64,000 nucleotides of DNA from Planctomycetota bacterium (GTDB lineage Bacteria; Planctomycetota; UBA1135; UBA2386). The notes beneath the pieces were generated by a model that did not search any database, was not told the DNA's origin, and saw only the letters and a program-made list of their open reading frames with translations. The position numbers and the translations under genes were made by a program. Each line of letters begins with the position of its first letter. Positions within the stretch are counted from its first letter, which is position 1. The stretch lies in NCBI GenBank assembly GCA_965223545.1, contig OZ245006.1, forward strand, positions 6,912,001-6,976,000. Reading direction: 5' to 3'. Below, one piece after another: positions 19,094 through 27,253 of the stretch.

Positions 19094-20614
19094 TCAGCGG
19101 CGCCAGCGGGCCCGCACCGCGTTGGTGAAGCCGAGGCCCGTCGGCAGGGACGCGTCGGCGTAGACCGCCTGCACGAACAGGTCGATCGGTCCGCCGTTGC
19201 CCGACAGCGGCAGCAGGAAGCTGCCTGCGATGTTGATCTGGGCGGCCAGGATCGCCGGCGAGGGCCACGGCACGATGGTGCCGCCGAGCAGCGGGGTCGG
19301 CGTCTGGCTCGGCGAGACCGCGACCAGCAACGCGGCGAGCGGCGGCGCGCCGCTGACCTGGAGCGTCGCGGTGCGGCCGGGCAGGAGCGGGCCGCCGCAG
19401 ATCGACAGCTGCGCCGCGCCGGGGCCGCCGAAGCCGAGGTCTTCCTGGCAGTCGACCAGAGGCAAGCGGAGGTCGACGACGACCGGCCGGTGGTCGGAGG
19501 CCACCGCGCTCAGGCCGGCGACCGAGGGGAAGCCGAGTACCTCTGGGGGCAGCGCTGCCTGCGGCGTGCCGGCGGTGTCGAAGACGAACTGCAGGCGGGC
19601 GCTGCAGACGCTGTCCTGCCACGCGACGTAGTCGAACTTGACGCTGCCGATGGTGGCCCGACTCCGCGTGAACCAGTGCGTGCCGCCGTCGTAGCGCATG
19701 TCGCTGCGATCGCGGTCGGTGCCGTCGGTGCCGCCGGCGACCGCCGCCTGGGTAAGCCACTCGGCGGGCGCTCGGCTGCCGCCGAGCGCGTCTTCGTTCC
19801 AGTCGCCGCCGAGCACGACCGGGGTGTCGTCGTCGAGCAGCTTGGTCGCCGGCGGCGAGTCGAAGATCACGTTGAACGGATCCGGCCCCTGGCCGAGGCC
19901 GCCGCCCTGCCACCAGTAGTCGACGATGTAGGCGGTGTTCTGCGCGGCGATGCGGCGCTGTCTGGCATCGGCGCTGCTCGATCCCGCCTTGAGGTGCGCG
20001 TTGCCGACCACTAGATCGCCGCGGTAGACGCCGTCGTCGAGTTGGAGCTCGGCGAACTGGAAGCCGCGGATGCCGCCGTTGCCCCCGTTCTGGTACAGGT
20101 GGGCCTGCATCGGCGGGATGTCGGACAGCCTGGAGTTGCCGTCGCCGTTCAGATCGCCGAACGGAAACCGACTGAGCAGGACGTTGCGGTTGAAACCGTC
20201 GGTGATGCCGCTGACGAAGACGAACGGCAGGTCGTAGCCCGGAGCGTAGCGTTGCACGAATGCTCCCACCGTGCCGCCGAGGTACGGGTCGTTGCCGCCG
20301 GTGAAGAACAGCCGGCACACCTGGCGCAAGACCGAGACCGAATCGACGCCACCGCTGGGGTTGTCGCCGGCCTCCTGCAGCAGCAGGACGTCGGGCTCGA
20401 GCGCGGCGACGACGCGCGCCAGCGCTTCCCACTGCGAGCCGGTGGCTTGCTTGGTGCGCCGCGAGGCGATGCCGTCCTTGACGTTCCACGTCATCACGCG
20501 GATGTCGGCTGGGTCGGACTTGCCCCACAGGCCGCTCGCCGGGTTCCACTGAGCGGTAGGGGCCGGAAGCAGGACGACGGTGGCGGCCAGCAGGGCGCGG
20601 CAGGCGAGTCGCAT
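19094..20614 (-). CDS. Secreted endonuclease/exonuclease/phosphatase (EEP) family protein with C-terminal beta module
   Basis: MTWNV, LLQE, NAHLK, GGDWN, FDYV and SDH catalytic motifs; signal peptide ending PTA-Q. Confidence 0.88.
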   Translation of the reverse strand: MRLACRALLAATVVLLPAPTAQWNPASGLWGKSDPADIRVMTWNVKDGIASRRTKQATGSQWEALARVVAALEPDVLLLQEAGDNPSGGVDSVSVLRQVCRLFFTGGNDPYLGGTVGAFVQRYAPGYDLPFVFVSGITDGFNRNVLLSRFPFGDLNGDGNSRLSDIPPMQAHLYQNGGNGGIRGFQFAELQLDDGVYRGDLVVGNAHLKAGSSSADARQRRIAAQNTAYIVDYWWQGGGLGQGPDPFNVIFDSPPATKLLDDDTPVVLGGDWNEDALGGSRAPAEWLTQAAVAGGTDGTDRDRSDMRYDGGTHWFTRSRATIGSVKFDYVAWQDSVCSARLQFVFDTAGTPQAALPPEVLGFPSVAGLSAVASDHRPVVVDLRLPLVDCQEDLGFGGPGAAQLSICGGPLLPGRTATLQVSGAPPLAALLVAVSPSQTPTPLLGGTIVPWPSPAILAAQINIAGSFLLPLSGNGGPIDLFVQAVYADASLPTGLGFTNAVRARWRR

Positions 20615-20685
20615 GCCACGCATCGTCGCGGATCCGGGCCGCGGAGGCCAGCCGCCCCGGGCACGGCAGCGGTGGCGCGCAGGTG

Positions 20686-22053
20686 CTACTCGACCACCGT
20701 GCGCAGGTAGAGCGCCAGCGCGTGCAGCTGCTCGTAGGGCACGTGATCGAAGCTCGGCATGGCGGTCTCCTCCGACAGCATCTCCTGCGGGTCGCGCAGG
20801 ATGGCCACCATGGTCTCCGGATCGTGGTCGAGCTCGTCGAGCAGCGGCGCGTCTTCGTGCTCCTCCGAGCCGCCCAACACGGTGCCGTCCTCACGCTCGT
20901 GGGCGTGGCAGTCCATGCACCGCAGCCGGCGCAGCATGAGATAGCCGTTGCGCTCGACGTTGGTGAGGCCGAGCGCGTGGCGCAGGGTCGGCGCGTTGTC
21001 GGCGCGGTCTAGGGCGCCCATCACCGTCACCGCGACGATGCCGACCAGCACCAACGTGCCCAAGCCGATCATCAGCGGCCGGCGGCGCCAGCTGCGGTGG
21101 CGGGTGCGATCGACGAACGGCAGCAGCGCGAGCGCCACCAGCACGGCGTTGGGCAACCAGAACGCGCCGATCGGTTCCATCGGCCCCTTGAACAGCTTGA
21201 GCAGCTGGAACAGACCGAGGAAGTACCAGTCGGGGCGCGGGTCGTAGCTCTGGTCGGAGGGTTCCGCCAGTGCCTCCAGCGGAGCCCGCCAGGTCCAGCT
21301 GATCCAGAACAGCACGGCGGTGACCAGCAGTGCTGCGACCACTTCCTTGAAGACGTGGCCGGGGAAATACGGCGGCCCCGGCTCGCCCTCGTCGCCCACC
21401 GGTCGACCCGGGGCGGCGACGCCGTGTCGCTGGATCAGCAGGAGGTGCACCGCCAGCAGACCCAACAACGCCAAGGGCAGCAGCACGACGTGGATGACGT
21501 AGAAGCGCGTCAGGGTTGGCGCGCCGACCGTGTCGCCGCCGGCGAGGATCTCGCGCACGTGTTCGCCGATGCCCGGCGTCTTGCCGGCGATCTCCACGCC
21601 GACCTTGGTGGCGAAGTAGGCCTTCTGGTCCCACGGCAGCAAGTAGCCGGTGAAGCCGAAGCCCAGCACGACCAGCAGCAGGCCGAGACCCGTCAGCCAG
21701 GTGAGCTCGCGCGGCCGCTTGTAGGCGCCGGTGAAGAACACGCGCAGCAGGTGCAGCACGGCGAAGATGACGAATGCCGAGGCGCCGAAGTGGTGCAGCG
21801 CGCGCACTTGGGCGCCGTAGGGCACGTCCTGCTCGAAGGCGCGGATCGAGTCGTAGGCCAGGTCGGTCGACGGCACGTAGTGCATTGCCAGCGCGAGACC
21901 GGACAGGAACTGCAGGAGTAGCACGGTGAGCGCGCAGAACCCCAGCGTGCGCAGCCAGCCGATTCCCTGCGGCGGGCGCTTGTCGACCATCGCGGCGCGC
22001 CACGCGCTGCGCAGCCCGAGCCGGTGCTCGATGAAGTCGGTGAGAAAGCGCAT
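20686..22053 (-). CDS. Cytochrome b (b6-like N-part plus subunit IV) fused to a C-terminal monoheme cytochrome c
   Basis: LHHFGAS, HLLRVFFTGAYKRPRELTW, GYLLPWDQ, TLTRFYVIHV and Qo motif PDWY; C-terminal CMDCH with a distal MPSF. Confidence 0.93.
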   Translation of the reverse strand: MRFLTDFIEHRLGLRSAWRAAMVDKRPPQGIGWLRTLGFCALTVLLLQFLSGLALAMHYVPSTDLAYDSIRAFEQDVPYGAQVRALHHFGASAFVIFAVLHLLRVFFTGAYKRPRELTWLTGLGLLLVVLGFGFTGYLLPWDQKAYFATKVGVEIAGKTPGIGEHVREILAGGDTVGAPTLTRFYVIHVVLLPLALLGLLAVHLLLIQRHGVAAPGRPVGDEGEPGPPYFPGHVFKEVVAALLVTAVLFWISWTWRAPLEALAEPSDQSYDPRPDWYFLGLFQLLKLFKGPMEPIGAFWLPNAVLVALALLPFVDRTRHRSWRRRPLMIGLGTLVLVGIVAVTVMGALDRADNAPTLRHALGLTNVERNGYLMLRRLRCMDCHAHEREDGTVLGGSEEHEDAPLLDELDHDPETMVAILRDPQEMLSEETAMPSFDHVPYEQLHALALYLRTVVE

Positions 22054-22055
22054 GA

Positions 22056-22559
22056 TCAGACCTCGAGCAGGTGGATCATGCCGTCGTCCGCCTCGGGCAG
22101 CTCGATCGCGAGCCGCCGCAGCGGTGCCGGCGGCGGTCCGGCGACGACGGCGCCGGTGCGCGAGAACACCCCGCCGTGGCACGGGCAGCGCAGCGGCGCC
22201 TCGGGGTGCTCGTCGTCGGCCTCGACGGTGCGCAGCTGGACCGGGCACGACAGGTGCGTGCACTCGCCCGCCAGCGCCAGCACCGACGCCGGGTCGTCCG
22301 GGTCGCGGGTGACGAAGACCACGCGGGCGACGTCTTCGACCGCGGGACCGCGCCGCATCTGGTAGCTGATCGCCCGGCTGATCAAGCCCTCTTCGGGCAC
22401 CTCGTCGAGCCGGCAGAGCGGCAGGCGGCCGGGGGCATCGCTGCGCGCGGGCGCCAGGGCTGCACGGCCGGCGACGAACAGGCCTCCGATCAGCGGCACC
22501 GCGCCGAGCACCGAGGTCAAGAAGGCCAGAAAGCCGCGTCGGGTGGTCGCTTCGCTCAT
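22056..22559 (-). CDS. Rieske iron-sulfur subunit of the Rieske/cytochrome b complex
   Basis: Tat signal TRRGFL; CTHLSC and CPCHGG boxes; GPPPAPL. Confidence 0.93.
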   Translation of the reverse strand: MSEATTRRGFLAFLTSVLGAVPLIGGLFVAGRAALAPARSDAPGRLPLCRLDEVPEEGLISRAISYQMRRGPAVEDVARVVFVTRDPDDPASVLALAGECTHLSCPVQLRTVEADDEHPEAPLRCPCHGGVFSRTGAVVAGPPPAPLRRLAIELPEADDGMIHLLEV

Positions 22560-22672
22560 GTGAGTCTCGGGATTATGCCAGCTTAAGGCTGACTCATGGA
22601 CGGCTGTCAGTCATGCCGAAGCACAGCAATGTGTGGGCGAAGCGCCGGCACCTGCTACGGTCAACAGCGGAC

Positions 22673-23221
22673 ATGTCCGAAGAGTTTCCCGATCTGCTCA
22701 AGGCAGTGCGGTTCGCCGCCGATCGGCACCGCGACCAGCGCCGCAAGGGCGAGGACGCCTCGCCGTACATCAACCACCCGATCGAGGTGGCCGAAGTGTT
22801 GGCGCGAATCGGCGGCGTGCGCGATGTGGCGGTGCTGCAGGCCGCGCTGTTGCACGACACGATCGAGGACACCACGACGACCAGCGACGAGCTGGAGGAT
22901 GAGTTCGGCCCACGGGTGCGCGCCCTGGTCGACGAGGTGACCGACGATCCCGCGCTCGACCGGCCGGCGCGCAAGCGCAGACAGATCGAGACCGCGCCGG
23001 GGCTCAGCGATGGCGCCAAGCAGATCCGCATCGCCGACAAGATCTGCAACATCGGCGACGTCGTACACGCGCCGCCGCGGGGCTGGTCGCTGGAGCGCCG
23101 GCAGCGCTATCTGGAGTGGACCGCGCGGGTGGTGCACGGCTGCCGCGGCGTCAACGCCGCGCTGGAACGCCACTACGATGGGTTGTTGCGCGCCGGCCGC
23201 GCGCAGCTCGAGGCGATCTGA
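22673..23221 (+). CDS. Small alarmone hydrolase, Mesh1-like HD-domain (p)ppGpp hydrolase
   Basis: HRDQRRK, PYINHP, LLHDTIEDT and ADKICN motifs. Confidence 0.9.
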   Translation: MSEEFPDLLKAVRFAADRHRDQRRKGEDASPYINHPIEVAEVLARIGGVRDVAVLQAALLHDTIEDTTTTSDELEDEFGPRVRALVDEVTDDPALDRPARKRRQIETAPGLSDGAKQIRIADKICNIGDVVHAPPRGWSLERRQRYLEWTARVVHGCRGVNAALERHYDGLLRAGRAQLEAI

Positions 23222-23359
23222 CCGACCGGCGTCCGGCTGCCGGCCCCATCACCCGGGTGGAGGGTGATGCGGGGGCTTTCCCCCAACGCGATGGGCGGTG
23301 GCTCACGCGGCCGCGCGGGGTGAGCCGATACAGACGCAGTGCCGTAGCGCCGCGCTCCG

Positions 23360-24412
23360 ATGACCCGACCAGCTCTCGCCTTCGTCCTTTCGCTGTCGTC
23401 CGTCGTGCCGTGTCAGGTCGCGCAGGAGCCGGTGGAGCAACCGTTGGGCTGGGAGAGCTTGGGCGCTGGGGACGAAGCCGGCTGGGATGACAACCTGCGG
23501 TGGGCGATCGACCTCGCCGCGCGGCCGATGTGGGACGACAACGCCGAGCGTTGGAACTCGGCGTTCTTCCTCGGCCTCGATTTGCACAAGGTGTTCTCCG
23601 GTCCCGGTGGCGACTGGGGCACCCTGGTGTTGCAGCCGTACGTGACCCGGTTGGATCGCCCGGCTCACCCGCCGTTCTTCGAGGACGGCCATGACTGGGA
23701 AGTCGTCTACCGGATCTGCAACTTCAACTACACCGGGCTGGCGGCGGGGCGCTTCAACGTGCGCGTCGGGCACATGGAGGTGCCGTTCGGTCTCGAGCAG
23801 ATCGTCAACACCAACGGCACCCTGCGCGACTACATGCACCCGCAGAACATCGGCGTGAAGGCCGACTGGGGAGCTTCGATCAACGGTGAGCTCGACGCCT
23901 TCGACTACGAGCTCGCCCTGACGCGGGGCACCGGCAACGAGTGGTCCGACCGCGGCGATCCGTTCTTGGTCGCGGCGCGGCTGGGAACACCGCGCGAGGC
24001 CGACCTGTCCTTGGGGGCGTCCGTGCTCTACGGCGAAGTGCAGCGCACTGCGCTGCCGGGCAACACCCTGCGTCGCAGCCGGGTCGGCGTCGACGTGATC
24101 TGGCAGGTGCCGTGGCTGACGCTGATGGGTGAGGTGTCGGCCGGCGAGGACGATGGCGCCGAGGTGATCAATGGCCTGTTCGAGCTCGATTGGACCAATC
24201 GCGACGAGAGCCTGCTGGTGTTCGATCAGCTCCGCGTGCGCAACGCCAAGCGGGCGGGGGCGTGGGACGAGGAAGTCGTCAACGCGCTGGGCGTCCGCTG
24301 GGCGCCCGACGCGCGCTGGGCGCTGAGTGCGCAGTGGATGCGCGGCTTGGACTCGTTCTCGGGCGCGCGACGCGTCAACGAGCTGGCCCTGCAGGTGCGG
24401 TTTCGGTTCTGA
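23360..24412 (+). CDS. Putative outer-membrane beta-barrel (porin-like) protein
   Basis: Signal peptide, alternating amphipathic strands, RVGHMEVPFGLE, and C-terminal LQVRFRF (terminal Phe). Confidence 0.75.
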   Translation: MTRPALAFVLSLSSVVPCQVAQEPVEQPLGWESLGAGDEAGWDDNLRWAIDLAARPMWDDNAERWNSAFFLGLDLHKVFSGPGGDWGTLVLQPYVTRLDRPAHPPFFEDGHDWEVVYRICNFNYTGLAAGRFNVRVGHMEVPFGLEQIVNTNGTLRDYMHPQNIGVKADWGASINGELDAFDYELALTRGTGNEWSDRGDPFLVAARLGTPREADLSLGASVLYGEVQRTALPGNTLRRSRVGVDVIWQVPWLTLMGEVSAGEDDGAEVINGLFELDWTNRDESLLVFDQLRVRNAKRAGAWDEEVVNALGVRWAPDARWALSAQWMRGLDSFSGARRVNELALQVRFRF

Positions 24413-24414
24413 CC

Positions 24415-25479
24415 ATGGATATGCCTCTTCGCCAATCCCGCCCGCTGGTCGTTGCCGCGGCGCTGCTCCTTTGGGCCGCGGTGACGGCGCCGGCTTCGGC
24501 GCAGGCCTACTGCGCGTTGCGCGACCCGGCCCGTTTGATTCGTCAGCTGTTTCCCGCGTCCGACAGCTACCGGTCGATCGTGCGTTCGATCGGCGACGCG
24601 GACCGCGAGGCGATCGCGGGCGCGCTGCCGTTCACGCTCCACTTCAACGAGATCGGCCGGCACACGCTGTACGTCGCGGTGCGGGGAGAAGTGCCGGTCG
24701 GCCTGGTCCACGTCCGCTCCGAGGTCGGCGATTGGGGAATGGTCGAGATCGCCTGGGGGCTGACGGTCGATCTCGTCGTCACCGGGTTCGAGTTCCAGCG
24801 CTGCCGATCGCGCCATCGTCGGGCGTTGGAGTCGCCCGACATCTCCGCACGGTTGGCCGGCTTGGACGCCCGGGGATTGGCCCCCCTGTTGCGCGAAGAC
24901 GGAACGGGGTTGGCCGCCGGCGCGCTGCCGGTGCCGGGTGCGGCCGTTGGGCTGGCCGGGGATGTCGTGCGGTCGGCGCTGAAGACGATCGCGGTGACGC
25001 GACTGGTCTGGCGGGATGACCTCGAGACCTTGCAGGTGATGCACCACGTCCACCGCGCGTTCGCCGATGCGCGGCGGGTCGTGCGCGTCGATCCGGTGTG
25101 GACGGAGAGGGCGAAGCAGCGGGTCACCGACTACATGGGAGTCGGAACCGAGTGGCCGGCCGACCTGGAGAGCACGCGCCTGTACCGCGCCGAAGGAGAC
25201 GGTGGCCCGCTCGGCTTCCTGGTGAGGACGAGGTGTCTGCAGCGCGGCTCCGGAGCCAGCTTGTGGTGGCGCGTGAGCCTCGATGGCGTCATCCAAGGGG
25301 TCCATCGGGATGCCGGATGGCCGGACGAGGAGGTCGCGCGCACGTTCGCCGCCCTGCGCGGGTTCGGAGTCGCCAATCTGCACGACTGCGGCAGCGCGGT
25401 CGAAGTCTGCGCCGGCCAGATCGTCACCTTGATCGACGCGCATCGGCCTCGAGCAGCGGCGCCCGGTCGCGGCCGCTGA
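24415..25479 (+). CDS. Exported hypothetical protein with a possible tandem degenerate FMN-binding-like fold
   Basis: Signal peptide ending ASA-Q. Two similar halves (QLFPAS...LYVA..GEVPVGLV / RAFADA...LYRA..GGPLGFLV). Starts 2 nt after the barrel gene. Confidence 0.65.
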   Translation: MDMPLRQSRPLVVAAALLLWAAVTAPASAQAYCALRDPARLIRQLFPASDSYRSIVRSIGDADREAIAGALPFTLHFNEIGRHTLYVAVRGEVPVGLVHVRSEVGDWGMVEIAWGLTVDLVVTGFEFQRCRSRHRRALESPDISARLAGLDARGLAPLLREDGTGLAAGALPVPGAAVGLAGDVVRSALKTIAVTRLVWRDDLETLQVMHHVHRAFADARRVVRVDPVWTERAKQRVTDYMGVGTEWPADLESTRLYRAEGDGGPLGFLVRTRCLQRGSGASLWWRVSLDGVIQGVHRDAGWPDEEVARTFAALRGFGVANLHDCGSAVEVCAGQIVTLIDAHRPRAAAPGRGR

Positions 25480-25489
25480 CCGTTCTGCG

Positions 25490-27076
25490 ATGCGGGTCGG
25501 CCTCTACACCGTGATCTTGCTCGGCGCGTGTGGCGTCGGCGCGATCATCGTGTGGGCCGGCCACGGCTGGTTGAGCCGAGATGCGGCGCACGCCACCCGG
25601 CAGGCCGCAGATCTACGCGCGTTGGCGGGCGATACCGATCGGCTGATCGATGCGTTCGAGCAGTGGGTCGTGCTGTGTGACTTGATTCTGGGTTCGGACC
25701 TGCCCTACCTGGGCGACGCCGAAGGTCGCGCCAGCGAGTTGGTGTCCGATCAGCTGCGCAAGCTGCAGGAGAGCACGGCGGCGGCGATGATCGACGCCGA
25801 CCTGGCTCTGATGGTCGGTTTTGCCGAGGCGCAACGTGGCCGGATGCGGCGCGCGCGTGCGATCGGGAACGAGGACCGTGAAGCGCAGTTGTGGGTGCTG
25901 CTCGACGAAGTGGACCGCGCGATCGGCCGCGTGCAGACGGCGGTCGAGAACATCCGCGCGCGGATCGTCGAGGCGCGCGCCGTGGCCGCCGACACGGTCG
26001 ACGCGGCGGTCGCGCGGCGATTGTGGTACGGCGTCGCCATGGCGATCGGCTATTTCGCCTACATGCTGTTGGTGTGGCGCTGGACGTCGCGGACGCTCAG
26101 CGCGCCGTTGCGTCAGCTTGCCGACGCGGCGCGCACCGCGAGCGCGAGCGACGCGCCCGCGCGTCTGGCGGCGCACGGCCCGACCGAGGTCGTCGAGTTG
26201 GCCCAGGCGTTCTCGCGCTTGGTCAGCGGGTTGGAGGCCCGAGTCTCCGACCGGACGCGACACCTCGAGGTGGCCAATCGCGACCTGGAGACGGCGCGCT
26301 GGGCGGCGGAGGCGGCCAACCAGGCAAAGAGCGCGTTCCTGGCCAACATGAGCCACGAGATGCGCACGCCGATGCACGCGGTGCTGTCGTTCGCGCAGAT
26401 CGGCAGCCGCAAGGCAGACTCGATCGAGCGCGACAAGCTGCGCGGCTTCTTCGACACGATCCGCAACAGCGCCGACAGCCTGCGCGCCATGCTCGACGAC
26501 TTGCTCGAGCTCGCCAAGCTCGAGTCGGGGCAGGCCACGCTGTCGCTCGGGCGCGTCAATCTCGGCGATCTGGTCGGCGCGACGGTGTCCGACTTCGCTC
26601 CTCGCGCCGAGCGCGAGGGACAGGTCGTCGAGCTGGTCGAGCGCTGCGACGTGCTGGCCGTGGTCGACGCCGACAAGATCGCACAGGTCTTGCGGCAGCT
26701 GTTGGGCAACGCGGTGCAGTACTCGGAGCCGGGCGCCCGCACCGAGGTGGTCATGATCGGCTGCGACGATTCCGTCGCGGTTGGTGTGCTCGACCGCGGC
26801 ATCGGCATCCCCGAAGCCGAGCTCGAGCACGTGTTCGACAAGTTCACCCTGTCGACGTCCACCGACACCGGTGCGGGTGGCAAGGGCATCGGGTTGTCGA
26901 TCGTGCGGCAGGTCGTGACGCGCCACGGTGGTGAGGCGTGGGCAGCTGCGCGGCGGGGCGGGGGAGTCGAGTTCTGGTTCGAGCTGCCGGTGTTCGAGAG
27001 TCCCGAGGCGTTCGTCGCCGCTCGGGGGGGCGGCGTCGTCGACTCCGCCGCGCAGCAAGAGACCGCGACCGGCTGA
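25490..27076 (+). CDS. Membrane sensor histidine kinase (periplasmic helical domain, HAMP, HisKA, HATPase)
   Basis: Two TM helices, HAMP (PLRQLA...EVVELAQAF), FLANMSHEMRTP, LLGNA, DRGIGI and GKGIGL. Confidence 0.93.
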   Translation: MRVGLYTVILLGACGVGAIIVWAGHGWLSRDAAHATRQAADLRALAGDTDRLIDAFEQWVVLCDLILGSDLPYLGDAEGRASELVSDQLRKLQESTAAAMIDADLALMVGFAEAQRGRMRRARAIGNEDREAQLWVLLDEVDRAIGRVQTAVENIRARIVEARAVAADTVDAAVARRLWYGVAMAIGYFAYMLLVWRWTSRTLSAPLRQLADAARTASASDAPARLAAHGPTEVVELAQAFSRLVSGLEARVSDRTRHLEVANRDLETARWAAEAANQAKSAFLANMSHEMRTPMHAVLSFAQIGSRKADSIERDKLRGFFDTIRNSADSLRAMLDDLLELAKLESGQATLSLGRVNLGDLVGATVSDFAPRAEREGQVVELVERCDVLAVVDADKIAQVLRQLLGNAVQYSEPGARTEVVMIGCDDSVAVGVLDRGIGIPEAELEHVFDKFTLSTSTDTGAGGKGIGLSIVRQVVTRHGGEAWAAARRGGGVEFWFELPVFESPEAFVAARGGGVVDSAAQQETATG

Positions 27077-27080
27077 AGAA

Positions 27081-27251
27081 CTCAGCGCGGCCGAGGCCGC
27101 AACCAAACACGGAGCATTCCGCGACCCGAGCGTCGGTCGCGGATCCCGCGGCCGCCGGCGGCCGCGCTGAGCCCAGAGGCACTGTCTCTCCGAGCCCGCC
27201 GGCCTTCGGAAGTGTTGTCGCCGCTCGAAGATTCTCGGCCCCGGACGCTCA
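27081..27251 (+). repeat. Diverged copy of the CTCA-bounded structured repeat (167 bp plus CTCA)
   Basis: Shares CTCAGCGCGGCC, GCCGCAACCAAAC, GCCGCGCTGAGCCC.GAGGCACTGTCTCTCCGAGCC and GTTGTCG.CGCTCGAAGATTC with the reverse complement of 40904-41298. Lies between convergent genes. Confidence 0.85.
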
Positions 27252-27253
27252 AG

